A DNA stretch of 64,000 nt from an uncultured Chloroflexia bacterium (GTDB taxonomy: Bacteria; Chloroflexota; Limnocylindria; Limnocylindrales; CSP1-4), in contig CAWEWE010000002.1 in the NCBI GenBank assembly GCA_963812745.1, positions 180,178 through 244,177 of the forward strand. The letters are read 5' to 3'. Below the pieces are notes generated by a model, which did no database searches, was not told where the DNA came from, and saw nothing but the letters and a program-made list of their open reading frames with translations. Both the position numbers and the translations under genes were made by a program. Each line of letters begins with the position of its first letter. Position 1 is the stretch's first letter. This document shows, piece by piece, positions 40,904 through 51,694 of the stretch.

Positions 40904-41700
40904 TGGAGCAGGAGCTTGTCGAGGCGACGGGACACCACGAACAGGCCGACGAACCCCACGACCAGCAGGTACGCGACGTGGACCAGCAGGACCGGCGAGA
41001 TCGCCCCGACCGCCAGCGAGCGGATCAGGTCGACGCCCTGGTACAGCGGCGTCAGCTGCACGATGGAGCGGATCGGCTCGGGGTAGGTCTCGATCGGGTA
41101 GAAGGTCGCCGAGAACAGGAACAGCGGCAGGACGACGAGCTGGATCAGGTCGAAGTCCTGCCACGTCTTCATGAACGACGTTGCTGCCATCCCGGCGGCC
41201 CCGAACGCGAAGCCCACCAGCAGCGCGGCCGGCAGCGCCAGCACGATCCATGGGGACACGGCCAGGCCGAGCACGATCATCACGATCAGGAACCCGACCG
41301 CGTAGAGGCCGCCCCGGATGAGGGCCCAGATCAGTTCGCCGACCGCGATGTCACCCGACGACAGCGGGGTGGCGAGGATCGACACGAACGTCTTGTCGTA
41401 GTTGAGCTTGAAGAAGAAGTTGAACGTACTCTCGTTGATCGCGCCATTCATCGACGCACTGGCGAGCAGCGCCGGCGCGACGAACTGCTGGTACGTGATC
41501 TCCTGGCCGCCCGGCCCGACGACGGTCCCCACCAGGGTCCCGATCCCGAACCCGATGCCGAGCAGGTAGAAGAGCGGCTCGAAGAAGCCGGACAGGATGA
41601 CGAGCCAGCCGTGCCGGTACACGTACAGGTTGCGCTCGACGAGCCGGAGCGATCGCCGGCTCCCGATCAGGAACGTGGAGCTCAGCGGGAGCGCCGTCAT
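40900..41700 (-). CDS. ABC-2 exporter permease (NodJ/DrrB-like)
   Basis: [27 protein letters not shown]. Confidence 0.85.
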   Translation of the reverse strand: MTALPLSSTFLIGSRRSLRLVERNLYVYRHGWLVILSGFFEPLFYLLGIGFGIGTLVGTVVGPGGQEITYQQFVAPALLASASMNGAINESTFNFFFKLNYDKTFVSILATPLSSGDIAVGELIWALIRGGLYAVGFLIVMIVLGLAVSPWIVLALPAALLVGFAFGAAGMAATSFMKTWQDFDLIQLVVLPLFLFSATFYPIETYPEPIRSIVQLTPLYQGVDLIRSLAVGAISPVLLVHVAYLLVVGFVGLFVVSRRLDKLLLQ

Positions 41701-42503
41701 CCGCGCACCAGCTTCGCGCGGACCGTGTGCACGGTGAGCACTGTCCCGACCACGATGAAGCCCAGCAGGACGGCCATGTGGACGAGCGCCAGCTCGACGG
41801 TCGGGTCGGTCCCGAACGTGCCGAGCGAGAGGCCGCGCGCCAATACGCCGCCGTGATAGAGGGGCGTGAGCCATGCCAGCGGCTGGACGACGGCCGGCAA
41901 CGCCTCGACCGGGAAGAACGTCCCCGAGAAGATGAACAGCGGCATCACGATGAACCGGAACAGGGCCGCGAACCGATCAGGTGTGCGCTGGGTCGCCGAG
42001 AACGCAGCGATCGGTGCGGCGAACGCGAGGCCGGTGAGGACCGCGACCGGGATGGCCAGCACGATCGTCGGCGACGTGGCGGCCCCGAACACGACGATGA
42101 CCGCGGTGAAGACGCTCGAGATCAGCACGAGCCGGGCACCGATCCAGACGAGGTTTCCCAGGGCGACGTCCCTGCTCGTGATCGGCGTCGCGTACATGGC
42201 GTGGAAGACACGGCTCCACACCAGCCCGGCCATGATCGGGAAGGTCGCCTCGAAGGAGGCTGCCTGCATGGCGGTCGCAACGAGCAGGCCCGGGGCGAGG
42301 AATGCGATGTACGGCACGCCGCCCAACGCAGCGTTGTTCGACGAGTCGACGTAGCCGCCGAGCCCGAGACCCATCGCGGTCAGGAACAGCACCGGCGTCA
42401 GGAACGAGCTGAAGATGCTCGCCCGGAACGTCCGCTTATAGGTGACGAACCGATGCTCGAAGACCCGTCCGATGCCCGACGTTGCCTGGGCGAGCGCCGT
42501 CAT
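41697..42503 (-). CDS. ABC-2 exporter permease (NodJ/DrrB-like)
   Basis: FLAPGLL, MPLFIFSGTFFP, WLTPLYHG. Confidence 0.85.
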   Translation of the reverse strand: MTALAQATSGIGRVFEHRFVTYKRTFRASIFSSFLTPVLFLTAMGLGLGGYVDSSNNAALGGVPYIAFLAPGLLVATAMQAASFEATFPIMAGLVWSRVFHAMYATPITSRDVALGNLVWIGARLVLISSVFTAVIVVFGAATSPTIVLAIPVAVLTGLAFAAPIAAFSATQRTPDRFAALFRFIVMPLFIFSGTFFPVEALPAVVQPLAWLTPLYHGGVLARGLSLGTFGTDPTVELALVHMAVLLGFIVVGTVLTVHTVRAKLVRG

Positions 42504-43486
42504 CAGTCGACGAGCGACCGGCCGGTCAGGCGCAGGAAGACATCCTCCAATGTCGATCGCCGGACCAGCACGGTCTCGGGCTCCAGGCCGCGGGCGTGGG
42601 CGGCCGCGACGGCGGCCTCTCCGTCATCGGCGTAGAGGAGCACGCGATCGGGCAGGCGCTCGATCCGCTCAGCCAACCCGTCGAGCTGACCGTCGAGTGT
42701 CTCCTGGACGCCCGCCGCGAACCGAAGCTCGGTGACCTCGCGGGTCGAGTACTGCTCGATCAGGGCGCGGGGCGAGCCCTCGGCCACGATCTTTGCCTTG
42801 TCCATGACGACGAGCCGGTCGCAGAGCTGCTCGGCCTCGTCCATGTAGTGGGTCGTCAGAACGAGCGTGACGCCGCGCTGCTTGAGGCGGTACAGGCGGT
42901 CCCACAGGAGATGGCGAGCCTGCGGGTCCAGTCCCGTCGTGGGCTCGTCGAGGAGCATCAGGTCGGGCTCGTTGATCAGGCTGCGGCCGATCGTCAGGCG
43001 CCGCTTGAGCCCGCCCGACAGGTGCTCGACCTGGTCGTTGGCTCGCTCGGTCAGCTGGGCGAAGTCGAGCAGGTCGTCCGCCCGTCGCGAGCATTCCGCG
43101 CGGCTCAGCCCGAAGTAGCGGCCGTAGAGCACGAGGTTCTCGCGCACCGTGAGCTCGTTGTCGAGGGTGTCCTGCTGGGGCACGACGCCGAGCCGGGCGC
43201 GGATCTTCGGGCCGTCCCGCTCCGGGTCCTGACCGAGGACCCGCAGCGTGCCGCCCGACACCGGCGAGACGCAGCCGATCATCCGCATGGTCGAGGTCTT
43301 GCCGGCGCCGTTGGGTCCGAGGAAGCCGAACAATTCGCCGGGCGCGACGTCGAAGTCGATCGCGTCGACGGCCGTGAACTCGCCGAAGCGCTTCGTCAGC
43401 CCGCGGGCGTGGATGAGCGAGGTGGCTGGGTCGGTGGACGCGGCCCGGGGGCTGGGCGACGCCGCCGCCACGGGCGTGTCGGACAT
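42503..43486 (-). CDS. ABC exporter ATP-binding subunit (NodI/DrrA-like)
   Basis: GPNGAGKT, LSGG, LDEPTTGLDP, TTHYMDEAE, LEDVFL.LTG. Confidence 0.9.
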   Translation of the reverse strand: MSDTPVAAASPSPRAASTDPATSLIHARGLTKRFGEFTAVDAIDFDVAPGELFGFLGPNGAGKTSTMRMIGCVSPVSGGTLRVLGQDPERDGPKIRARLGVVPQQDTLDNELTVRENLVLYGRYFGLSRAECSRRADDLLDFAQLTERANDQVEHLSGGLKRRLTIGRSLINEPDLMLLDEPTTGLDPQARHLLWDRLYRLKQRGVTLVLTTHYMDEAEQLCDRLVVMDKAKIVAEGSPRALIEQYSTREVTELRFAAGVQETLDGQLDGLAERIERLPDRVLLYADDGEAAVAAAHARGLEPETVLVRRSTLEDVFLRLTGRSLVD

Positions 43487-43615
43487 GGACGCGCATGGTA
43501 CTCCGAGTCGGGACGGCCTCGCGCCCGCCGAATCCGAACGATTGCCCGGCGTCCGCTCGCCAGTATCGGTATCGGCGGCTGTGCTGGCCGCTGCCCGTAG
43601 CTGGAGGGGACCACC

Positions 43616-44242
43616 ATGTCCCAGCACCTGCACCGGATCGCACGGGCGATCGCCATCGGGTCGATCGCGTTGCTCGCGCTGACGACGAGCGTCACCGCCG
43701 GGGAGCCGGTGGACCCCGCCACGCTCAACCCGGCGCCGCCGGCGGCGTTCAACTCGACGTGCGAGCGACTGGGCGACCAGATCCGATGCGATCTCGCGTT
43801 CTCGGATCCGCCGTTCTTCGACGAGCCGAGTGGGATCATCTGCGACGGGGTCGAGCTGCTCGTCTCGCAGACCCGCATCGTCGTCGGGAAGCGCTTCTAC
43901 GACGCCGCCGGCGACCTGCTGCGGCGCCACTTCCGCGAGCGGTTCACCGGGGAGATCAGCAACCCCATCACCGGTGTAACGGTCGACTGGGTCGCGCACA
44001 ACACGATCATCCACGACCTGGGGGTGCCGGGTGACGTCGCGTCGGGGACGACGCAGGTCACAGGGCAGCAGATCCGCATCTTCGCGGCGAACGGCGGGAG
44101 CGTCCTCATCGACGCGGGGCGGGTCCTGGTCGACGAGGCCTCTGGCGAGATCCTCAGCTCCTCTGGCCCGAAGCACTTCGACGACTACTTCGTGTTCGGT
44201 GATGAGCACGCGCTTGACGCGTTGTGTGCCTCCGTGAGCTGA
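43616..44242 (+). CDS. Secreted hypothetical protein with four Cys
   Basis: SD GGAGG, signal peptide, beta-rich mature part. Confidence 0.7.
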   Translation: MSQHLHRIARAIAIGSIALLALTTSVTAGEPVDPATLNPAPPAAFNSTCERLGDQIRCDLAFSDPPFFDEPSGIICDGVELLVSQTRIVVGKRFYDAAGDLLRRHFRERFTGEISNPITGVTVDWVAHNTIIHDLGVPGDVASGTTQVTGQQIRIFAANGGSVLIDAGRVLVDEASGEILSSSGPKHFDDYFVFGDEHALDALCASVS

Positions 44243-44265
44243 CGGTCCTGGTCGTCGGTCTGGTT

Positions 44266-44319
44266 CTTGAAACTGGCTACACGCAGGTAGCAAATGGGTG
44301 TATCCTGTGGCCAGTCAAG
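44266..44319. promoter_or_regulatory. Imperfect inverted repeat flanking a -10-like TATCCT upstream of the PPOX operon
   Basis: ACTGGCTACA (44272-44281) and TGTGGCCAGT (44306-44315), with outer CTTG/CAAG. Confidence 0.4.
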
Positions 44320-44340
44320 CCTTCGCCAGGAGCCAGACCG

Positions 44341-44823
44341 ATGGCCACCATCCCCGCCCCCGCTGCCGAGCTCATCGAGCGGGCGCTCGTCGCGGAGCTC
44401 ACGGTCGTCGATGCTACCGGTCGCCCGGTCACGTATCCCCTGATCCCGCTGTGGGACGGCGAGCGCGTCTACATGACGTCGTCGACGTTGTTCAGCCGGA
44501 AGCTCGAGCACATCGGCGCGAACCCACGCGTGTCGGTCTCCGTGACCGACCCCGTGAGCGTGGGGGGCCGCGTCGATCGCGTGACGATCCAGGGCGACGC
44601 TCGGGTCATCGCCGACGACCCCCACGGGGGCTGGGAGCGGTTGCTCCCGATCTGGTCGGCGAAGGAGCCGGCCATCGTGGCCTTCCTCAAGTCCCGTGTG
44701 GCGTTGCCGCTGTTCTTCGAGCGAGCGCTGATCGAGATCACGCCACGCCGCGTGCTCTACTGGCCGACCGGTGACGCGTCGGTCCCGCCGGTCGTCACGG
44801 TCGTAGAGCGGGAGGCGGCGTGA
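44341..44823 (+). CDS. Pyridoxamine 5'-phosphate oxidase-like split-barrel protein (FMN/F420/heme-binding family)
   Basis: ELTVVDATGRP..P, SRKLEHI..NPRVSV, V.IQG.A, R..IEITP; SD AGGAG. Confidence 0.82.
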   Translation: MATIPAPAAELIERALVAELTVVDATGRPVTYPLIPLWDGERVYMTSSTLFSRKLEHIGANPRVSVSVTDPVSVGGRVDRVTIQGDARVIADDPHGGWERLLPIWSAKEPAIVAFLKSRVALPLFFERALIEITPRRVLYWPTGDASVPPVVTVVEREAA

Positions 44824-46226
44824 TGCGTGCGACCCCGGAGATCGACGCCCGGCAGGGCCTCGAGAAGCTCGCCACCTATCCGTACCAGATCGCGTCGTGG
44901 GTCGATGACGCCGGCTATCCGCTGTCGGTCGCGGTCAGCGCCTCGGTCGATCCGCGCAGCCAGGTCGCGACGTTCACCGCGCCGGCCGGTCTGTCAGTGC
45001 CTACCAACCGGGCGGTGTCGTTGACCGGCTCGCACATCCGGCCCCAGCCGGGGTACGGCTACGACGAGCGCCGCCATGTCACGGTCTGGGGCCGTGTCGC
45101 GCCGGGTATCCGACCCGACACGATGACGCGGGTGTTGACGCTCACCGGGCGATCGGCATGGGGCTGGGACGAGTCGGAAGTCCCGTTCTTCGAGTACTCG
45201 GAGCGATCCGTGCCACGGTCGCGGCGCTATTTCGACGCCCTGTCGGCCGAGCGCGGCACGCCCGTCAAGCCGCGGCTGTCGTTCGGGTCGTTGGTGCTGC
45301 GGACGACGCGCCTGCCGTTCCTCACCGCGACGATCGTGCCGGTGCTGCTCGGCATCCTGATCGCTGCGAGCCACGGGGCGTTCGACCTGGTTTCGGCGGC
45401 GCTCACCGTGATCGGCGCCTCGTTCGTCCAGCTCGGACTGAACGTCGCGAACGACGTGTTCGATACAGTGCAGGGCGCTGACGACGCCAACGTGACGCCG
45501 ACGAAGTTCAGCGGCGGGTCGCGCGTGATCCAGTACGGGCTCGTGACGCTGCGCCAGATGGCGACGCTCGCGACGGCGTGCTACGTGTCCGCCGGCGCGA
45601 TCGGTCTGGTGCTGCTGGCGACGCGCGGTTCCACGGCGCTGCTGGTGATCGGCGTGGTCGGCTTCATCGTGTCGCTCGGCTATACGGCGCCGCCGTTGAA
45701 GTTCGTCTACCGCGGGCTCGGCGAAGTCGCCGTTGCGGTGGGCTTCGGACCGCTCATGCTCCTTGGGGCGTATGTCGTGCAGACACGCGGCGCCCTGGCC
45801 TGGGAGCCGTTCGTCGCGTCGATCCCGATCGCGCTGCTCGTGGCGCTGATCCTGTACGTCAACGAGATCCCCGACCGCCGCGGCGACGCGCATGCCGGCA
45901 AGCGGACGCTCCCGGTGCGGTTCTCGCGGTCGGCCGTCATCGGCGGGTACAACGTCGCGGTCGTCGCGGCGTATGTGGCGGTGGTGGCGGGTGTCGTGCT
46001 CGGGCTGCTGCCGATCCCGGCGCTGCTGATGCTGCTGACCATCCCGCTGGCACGCCGGGTCTCGTCCGGGCTGGCGCCGAACTACGACAACCCGTACGGC
46101 CTGATGGCCTTCATGGGCGTGAACGTGCAGCTGCATCTGCTGGCCGGCGTGCTGCTGCTGGCGGCGTACGCGATCGTGATCGCCACGATGGCGGTCGCAC
46201 CGGGCGTGGATCTCTTCCTGCGGTGA
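44823..46226 (+). CDS. Fusion of an N-terminal split-barrel-like domain and a MenA-type UbiA prenyltransferase
   Basis: About 160 aa N-domain (SWVDDAGYP) followed by RLPFLTAT..NVANDVFD..GAD..GGSRVI..YTAPP.K..YRGLGE..NEIPD...D..GKRTLPVR. Confidence 0.82.
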   Translation: MRATPEIDARQGLEKLATYPYQIASWVDDAGYPLSVAVSASVDPRSQVATFTAPAGLSVPTNRAVSLTGSHIRPQPGYGYDERRHVTVWGRVAPGIRPDTMTRVLTLTGRSAWGWDESEVPFFEYSERSVPRSRRYFDALSAERGTPVKPRLSFGSLVLRTTRLPFLTATIVPVLLGILIAASHGAFDLVSAALTVIGASFVQLGLNVANDVFDTVQGADDANVTPTKFSGGSRVIQYGLVTLRQMATLATACYVSAGAIGLVLLATRGSTALLVIGVVGFIVSLGYTAPPLKFVYRGLGEVAVAVGFGPLMLLGAYVVQTRGALAWEPFVASIPIALLVALILYVNEIPDRRGDAHAGKRTLPVRFSRSAVIGGYNVAVVAAYVAVVAGVVLGLLPIPALLMLLTIPLARRVSSGLAPNYDNPYGLMAFMGVNVQLHLLAGVLLLAAYAIVIATMAVAPGVDLFLR

Positions 46227-46273
46227 TCGGCGGCTACGGCCGCGCTACGTCGCCGGACGAGCTGGATATCTGC

Positions 46274-46777
46274 TCATCGGTTCAGAGACCACTCGCTGCT
46301 CGCCAAGGTATCGATGCGGTCCTGGCATGAATTGGCGATGGCCTCGAACGCGAGTGAGGTGCCCTCCACGCTCCAGTGATATCGGCCACTGGTCGGCGTA
46401 CCTTCCTGCACGGGACATCCCGGATCTGGCGCGAAGACGACCTCGGTCGCGGAGACGTCCTCGACCGATCCGGGGCTGAAGCTGTGTCCATCCGGATGGG
46501 TGAACATCATCCCCGTGGCGGTGACCGAGAGCTTCCACTCCCCGGGCGCTGCGTTCAGCCCCGACGGGATCGTCGCCGTGTAGGTACCGAACGGAAACAC
46601 CCCCGAATCGATCCCTGACGGGGCCGACGCGGTCGACGCGGTCGACGCCGACGCTTCAGGAACCGACGGCACGACACCGGCTGTCGGCCGGGCGCTCGAC
46701 GGCGCCGAACTCGAACAGGCAGCGGCGACGACGATGACGGATGCCAAGACCGCACGGGTAAGGACTCGTCCAGACAC
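46274..46777 (-). CDS. Lipoprotein of unknown function
   Basis: SD GGAGG, GTG start, AAAC lipobox, Ser/Ala linker, Cys pair. Confidence 0.7.
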   Translation of the reverse strand: MSGRVLTRAVLASVIVVAAACSSSAPSSARPTAGVVPSVPEASASTASTASAPSGIDSGVFPFGTYTATIPSGLNAAPGEWKLSVTATGMMFTHPDGHSFSPGSVEDVSATEVVFAPDPGCPVQEGTPTSGRYHWSVEGTSLAFEAIANSCQDRIDTLASSEWSLNR

Positions 46778-46873
46778 GTCGTTCCTCCAAGTCTCGCGAT
46801 CGCGCGCGGTGGACGCAGCAGCGGGCGCCAGATCCGCCAGGAGGTCCGGCGGCTCCGGTCGGTCGAACGACCC

Positions 46874-47131
46874 CTAATCAGGGATGCAGGCCTCGATGCC
46901 GCCGTTGTGCGCTTGGGCGTTGGCCCTCGTCACGCCACCGACGGTCGTGCCGAGGTCATCGGCGGTGGGCATCACGATGTTGTGGATGATGAACGCGTTA
47001 TTCGGGTTCGCGTAGGAAGCGAGGTAGCCGGCGCAGCTCGCAGGCTCGGTGATCGGCTGGGCCGCCGCAGCGCCGGCGATCACAAGGGTTGCCACCGCGG
47101 CAAAGGCCATGGCGGTGATGGATCGACGCAT
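46874..47131 (-). CDS. Small secreted protein with two Cys
   Basis: SD AAGGAGG, signal peptide ending AAAA/Q, ASC..C near the ends of the mature part. Confidence 0.7.
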   Translation of the reverse strand: MRRSITAMAFAAVATLVIAGAAAAQPITEPASCAGYLASYANPNNAFIIHNIVMPTADDLGTTVGGVTRANAQAHNGGIEACIPD

Positions 47132-47238
47132 TTCCTGGGACCTCCTTCAACGGCGCTCGCGCGACGTGCGCGACCGCGTCGGGAGTATCCGGATGACCTC
47201 GCAGGCGCGCTGCATCAGATGGGGCAATAGCGCGAGGA

Positions 47239-47940
47239 TCAGTCTTCGGCTTGCTCCGCGCGATGCTCCTCGGCATAGCCGCGGAGGCCGGCTTCGTCGA
47301 CGATCGTGATCGTCCGCCCCTCGGTCGCGATGAGGGCGCGCGATCGAAGCAGGGCGAGCGCTCGCACGAGCGAGTTGCGCGAGACGCCGATGAGGCTCGC
47401 GAGGTCATGCTGTGCGAGCGGAACGGTGAACTGCGCATGATCCAAACCGTTCTGACGCATCGAATCGGCGAGCTCGACGAGGTAGTGGGCAAGTGCGTCT
47501 GTGGCCGCCGCGGCAGTCGCGGCGATCCGTCGGCGGTCCGCGGCGCCCAGCCGTTGGATCAAGATCCGCAAGAGCGCGAGCGAGGCCGCCGGATGACCCA
47601 GGAGGTAGTCGAGGTACAGGTCCCGGCTGATGACCCGCGACGTCACGTCGCCGACTGCCACGACGTTGGCGGCTCGCGTTGTGTAGTCGCCGATCGCCTC
47701 GAACTCCCCCACGATGTCTGCCGGCCCATACACGGCGTGAACGATCGACCGCCCGTCCGGCGTGTCGGCGCTGATCTTCACCTGCCCCTCGAGCACGACG
47801 ACGACCGAGTCAGTCGCGTCGCCCTGCCGCATCAACGTGTCGCCGCGCCGGTATCGGCGAAATCGCCCGAGGGCGACCAGGTCTGCACGATCGCCCGGCT
47901 CGAGGAGCTCCAGGAAACCGATGCGCGAACTGGGCTTCAG
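47239..47940 (-). CDS. Crp/Fnr family regulator, probable CTG start
   Basis: GFLELL..RRYRRGDTLMRQGD..V.EG.VKI..GE..RAANV, HTH LAQHDLASLIGVSR. Confidence 0.82.
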   Translation of the reverse strand: MKPSSRIGFLELLEPGDRADLVALGRFRRYRRGDTLMRQGDATDSVVVVLEGQVKISADTPDGRSIVHAVYGPADIVGEFEAIGDYTTRAANVVAVGDVTSRVISRDLYLDYLLGHPAASLALLRILIQRLGAADRRRIAATAAAATDALAHYLVELADSMRQNGLDHAQFTVPLAQHDLASLIGVSRNSLVRALALLRSRALIATEGRTITIVDEAGLRGYAEEHRAEQAED

Positions 47941-47943
47941 GGA

Positions 47944-49899
<1,956 letters not shown>

Positions 49900-49931
49900 G
49901 GTCGGTATGTGCTCCTCGCTCGGAATGGGTG

Positions 49932-50513
49932 TCAGTTAGGTCGGTCGTTGGTGGTTGCCGGCTCCGGTGCGGCGGCGACGGCCACGAGCGCCGGTCGCAG
50001 GACCCGATCGCGCAGTCGATAGCCGCGACGGATCTGCTCGACGATCTCGCCCTCGGCGCGGCCGGAGCTGGGCACGGTGGCGATGGCCTCGTGCTCACGC
50101 GGGTCGAAAGGGATGCCCGGACCGGCGTCGATCGGGCTGACGCCCTCGCTCTCGAGCAGTTGCCGGAGCTTGCGGTCGATGGCGGCGAGGCCCTCGAACC
50201 AGGGGTCGCTCGCGACCGAGTCCGGTCGCGCCTCGATCGCCCGGTCGAAGTCGTCGGCCAGTGTCAACACCTTGCGGATCAGGTCCTCGCCCGCCAGCCC
50301 GAGATCGCGTTCGCGTTCCTCGGCGGTCCGGCGCTTGAAGTTGAGGAACTCGGCGCGCTCGCGTTGCAGCGCGGTCAGGTACTCGTCCGCCTGGGTCGTC
50401 GCTTCCGCGAGGTCGCCACGAAGCACCTCGATCTCCTCGAGGAGCTTGGTCGGGCGGATGTCGATGTTCTCGGCGCGCTCCTGGGCGCGGGTCCGATGTC
50501 GCGGGTCAGGCAT
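49932..50513 (-). CDS. grpE: Nucleotide exchange factor GrpE
   Basis: [31 protein letters not shown]. Confidence 0.95.
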   Translation of the reverse strand: MPDPRHRTRAQERAENIDIRPTKLLEEIEVLRGDLAEATTQADEYLTALQRERAEFLNFKRRTAEERERDLGLAGEDLIRKVLTLADDFDRAIEARPDSVASDPWFEGLAAIDRKLRQLLESEGVSPIDAGPGIPFDPREHEAIATVPSSGRAEGEIVEQIRRGYRLRDRVLRPALVAVAAAPEPATTNDRPN

Positions 50514-51576
50514 ACAGGTGGTCCACCAATTCGTTCATGAGACCGGACACGAACCGGACCGTGCCGATCGCCTGGGGATAGCTCATGCGCGTCGGGCCGA
50601 GCACGCCGACCACGCCGAGCGCACTGCCCGGTCGGCCGTACGGGGCGAGCACGAGCGAGACGTCGTGCATCTCCTCGCGCGGGTTCTCGGCGCCGATGAC
50701 CACGCGGATGCGGCCCGAGCCCGCCACGCTCCCGACGAGCTCGCCGAGGAACGTCCGGTTCTCGAGCGCGGTGAACACCTGGCGCAGCTTGTCGCTCTGG
50801 GCGAACTCCGGGGCCTCCATCACGTTGAGCAAGCCATCCGAGAAGAGTTCTTCGACCGAGGCGGCGTCGTACTCGCGCAGGATGTGCACGATCCGCTCAC
50901 CGACCCGCCGCGCGACGCGCTGCATCGGCTCGTCGGCGTCGAGCTTGGCCAGCGTCCGCTCGGCGTCGACCGCGGTCAGGTCGACGAGATGCTCGTTGAG
51001 CAGGCCGGCCACGCGGTTGAGCGTCGTCTGGTCGATGGCATCGGCCTCGTCGAGGGTGATGGCGGCTTGCTTGATCGCGCCCTCGCGCAGCACCAGGATC
51101 AGGCTCGCCATCCGCTCATTGACAGCCACCAGGTCGACGCGGCGGATATGTGCGGCACTGGGCTTGGCCGGGGTCGCGAGGCCGGCCGAGCGGGTCAGCC
51201 CGGCGAGGGTCGTCGCAGCCAGCCGGAACCAGTGCTCGCTGGCGAACTCGACCTGGCCGAACTGGTGCCGGATCATCAGCTGCTCGACCGCCGACAGGGG
51301 GGCCGCGTCGACGATCGACTCGACATAGAAGCGGTAGCCGGCATCGGTCGGCATGCGCCCGGCACTCGTGTGCGGGTGGGTCAGCAGACCGGCCATCTCG
51401 AGCTCGGCCAGCACGTTGCGGACGGTCGCGCTCGACACGCCGAGGCCGTACCGTTCGACCAGCGCGAGACTGCCGACGGGCTGCGCCGACGTGATGTATT
51501 CCTCGATGACGGCCCGAAGGATCGCCTGGGAGCGGAGGTCCAACGGGCCGAGTGGGTGGCGTGCTCTACGCGCCAA
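50506..51576 (-). CDS. hrcA: Heat-inducible repressor HrcA
   Basis: YI..AQPVGS, SSATVRN, PHTSAGR.PT..GYR.YV, GPTRM.Y. Confidence 0.96.
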   Translation of the reverse strand: MARRARHPLGPLDLRSQAILRAVIEEYITSAQPVGSLALVERYGLGVSSATVRNVLAELEMAGLLTHPHTSAGRMPTDAGYRFYVESIVDAAPLSAVEQLMIRHQFGQVEFASEHWFRLAATTLAGLTRSAGLATPAKPSAAHIRRVDLVAVNERMASLILVLREGAIKQAAITLDEADAIDQTTLNRVAGLLNEHLVDLTAVDAERTLAKLDADEPMQRVARRVGERIVHILREYDAASVEELFSDGLLNVMEAPEFAQSDKLRQVFTALENRTFLGELVGSVAGSGRIRVVIGAENPREEMHDVSLVLAPYGRPGSALGVVGVLGPTRMSYPQAIGTVRFVSGLMNELVDHLYA

Positions 51577-51594
51577 CTCGTTCTCCCGTGGTAG

Positions 51595-51621
51595 TTAGCA
51601 CTCGATGGGTGAGAGTGCTAA
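51595..51621. promoter_or_regulatory. CIRCE element (HrcA operator)
   Basis: Exact TTAGCACTC-N9-GAGTGCTAA. Confidence 0.97.
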
Positions 51622-51634
51622 CGGTCGTGCTGGC

Positions 51635-51664
51635 ATCGTAGCAGCGGCCAGTGACGAGTGTCAA
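51635..51664 (-). promoter_or_regulatory. hrcA promoter overlapping a degenerate second CIRCE
   Basis: TTGACA-N18-TACGAT with extended TG; GTAGCAGCG-N9-GAGTGTCAA at 51638-51664. Confidence 0.75.
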
Positions 51665-51694
51665 CGCGGCGAGCGCCGCTCGATGACGGCGCCC

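Noticed and set aside
38147-41251. 1034-aa ORF suggesting a UDG-PrmA fusion overlapping dnaJ
   Set aside because: One extra base in the G4 run at 40261-40264 removes the udg stop; the middle part is off-frame dnaJ sequence.
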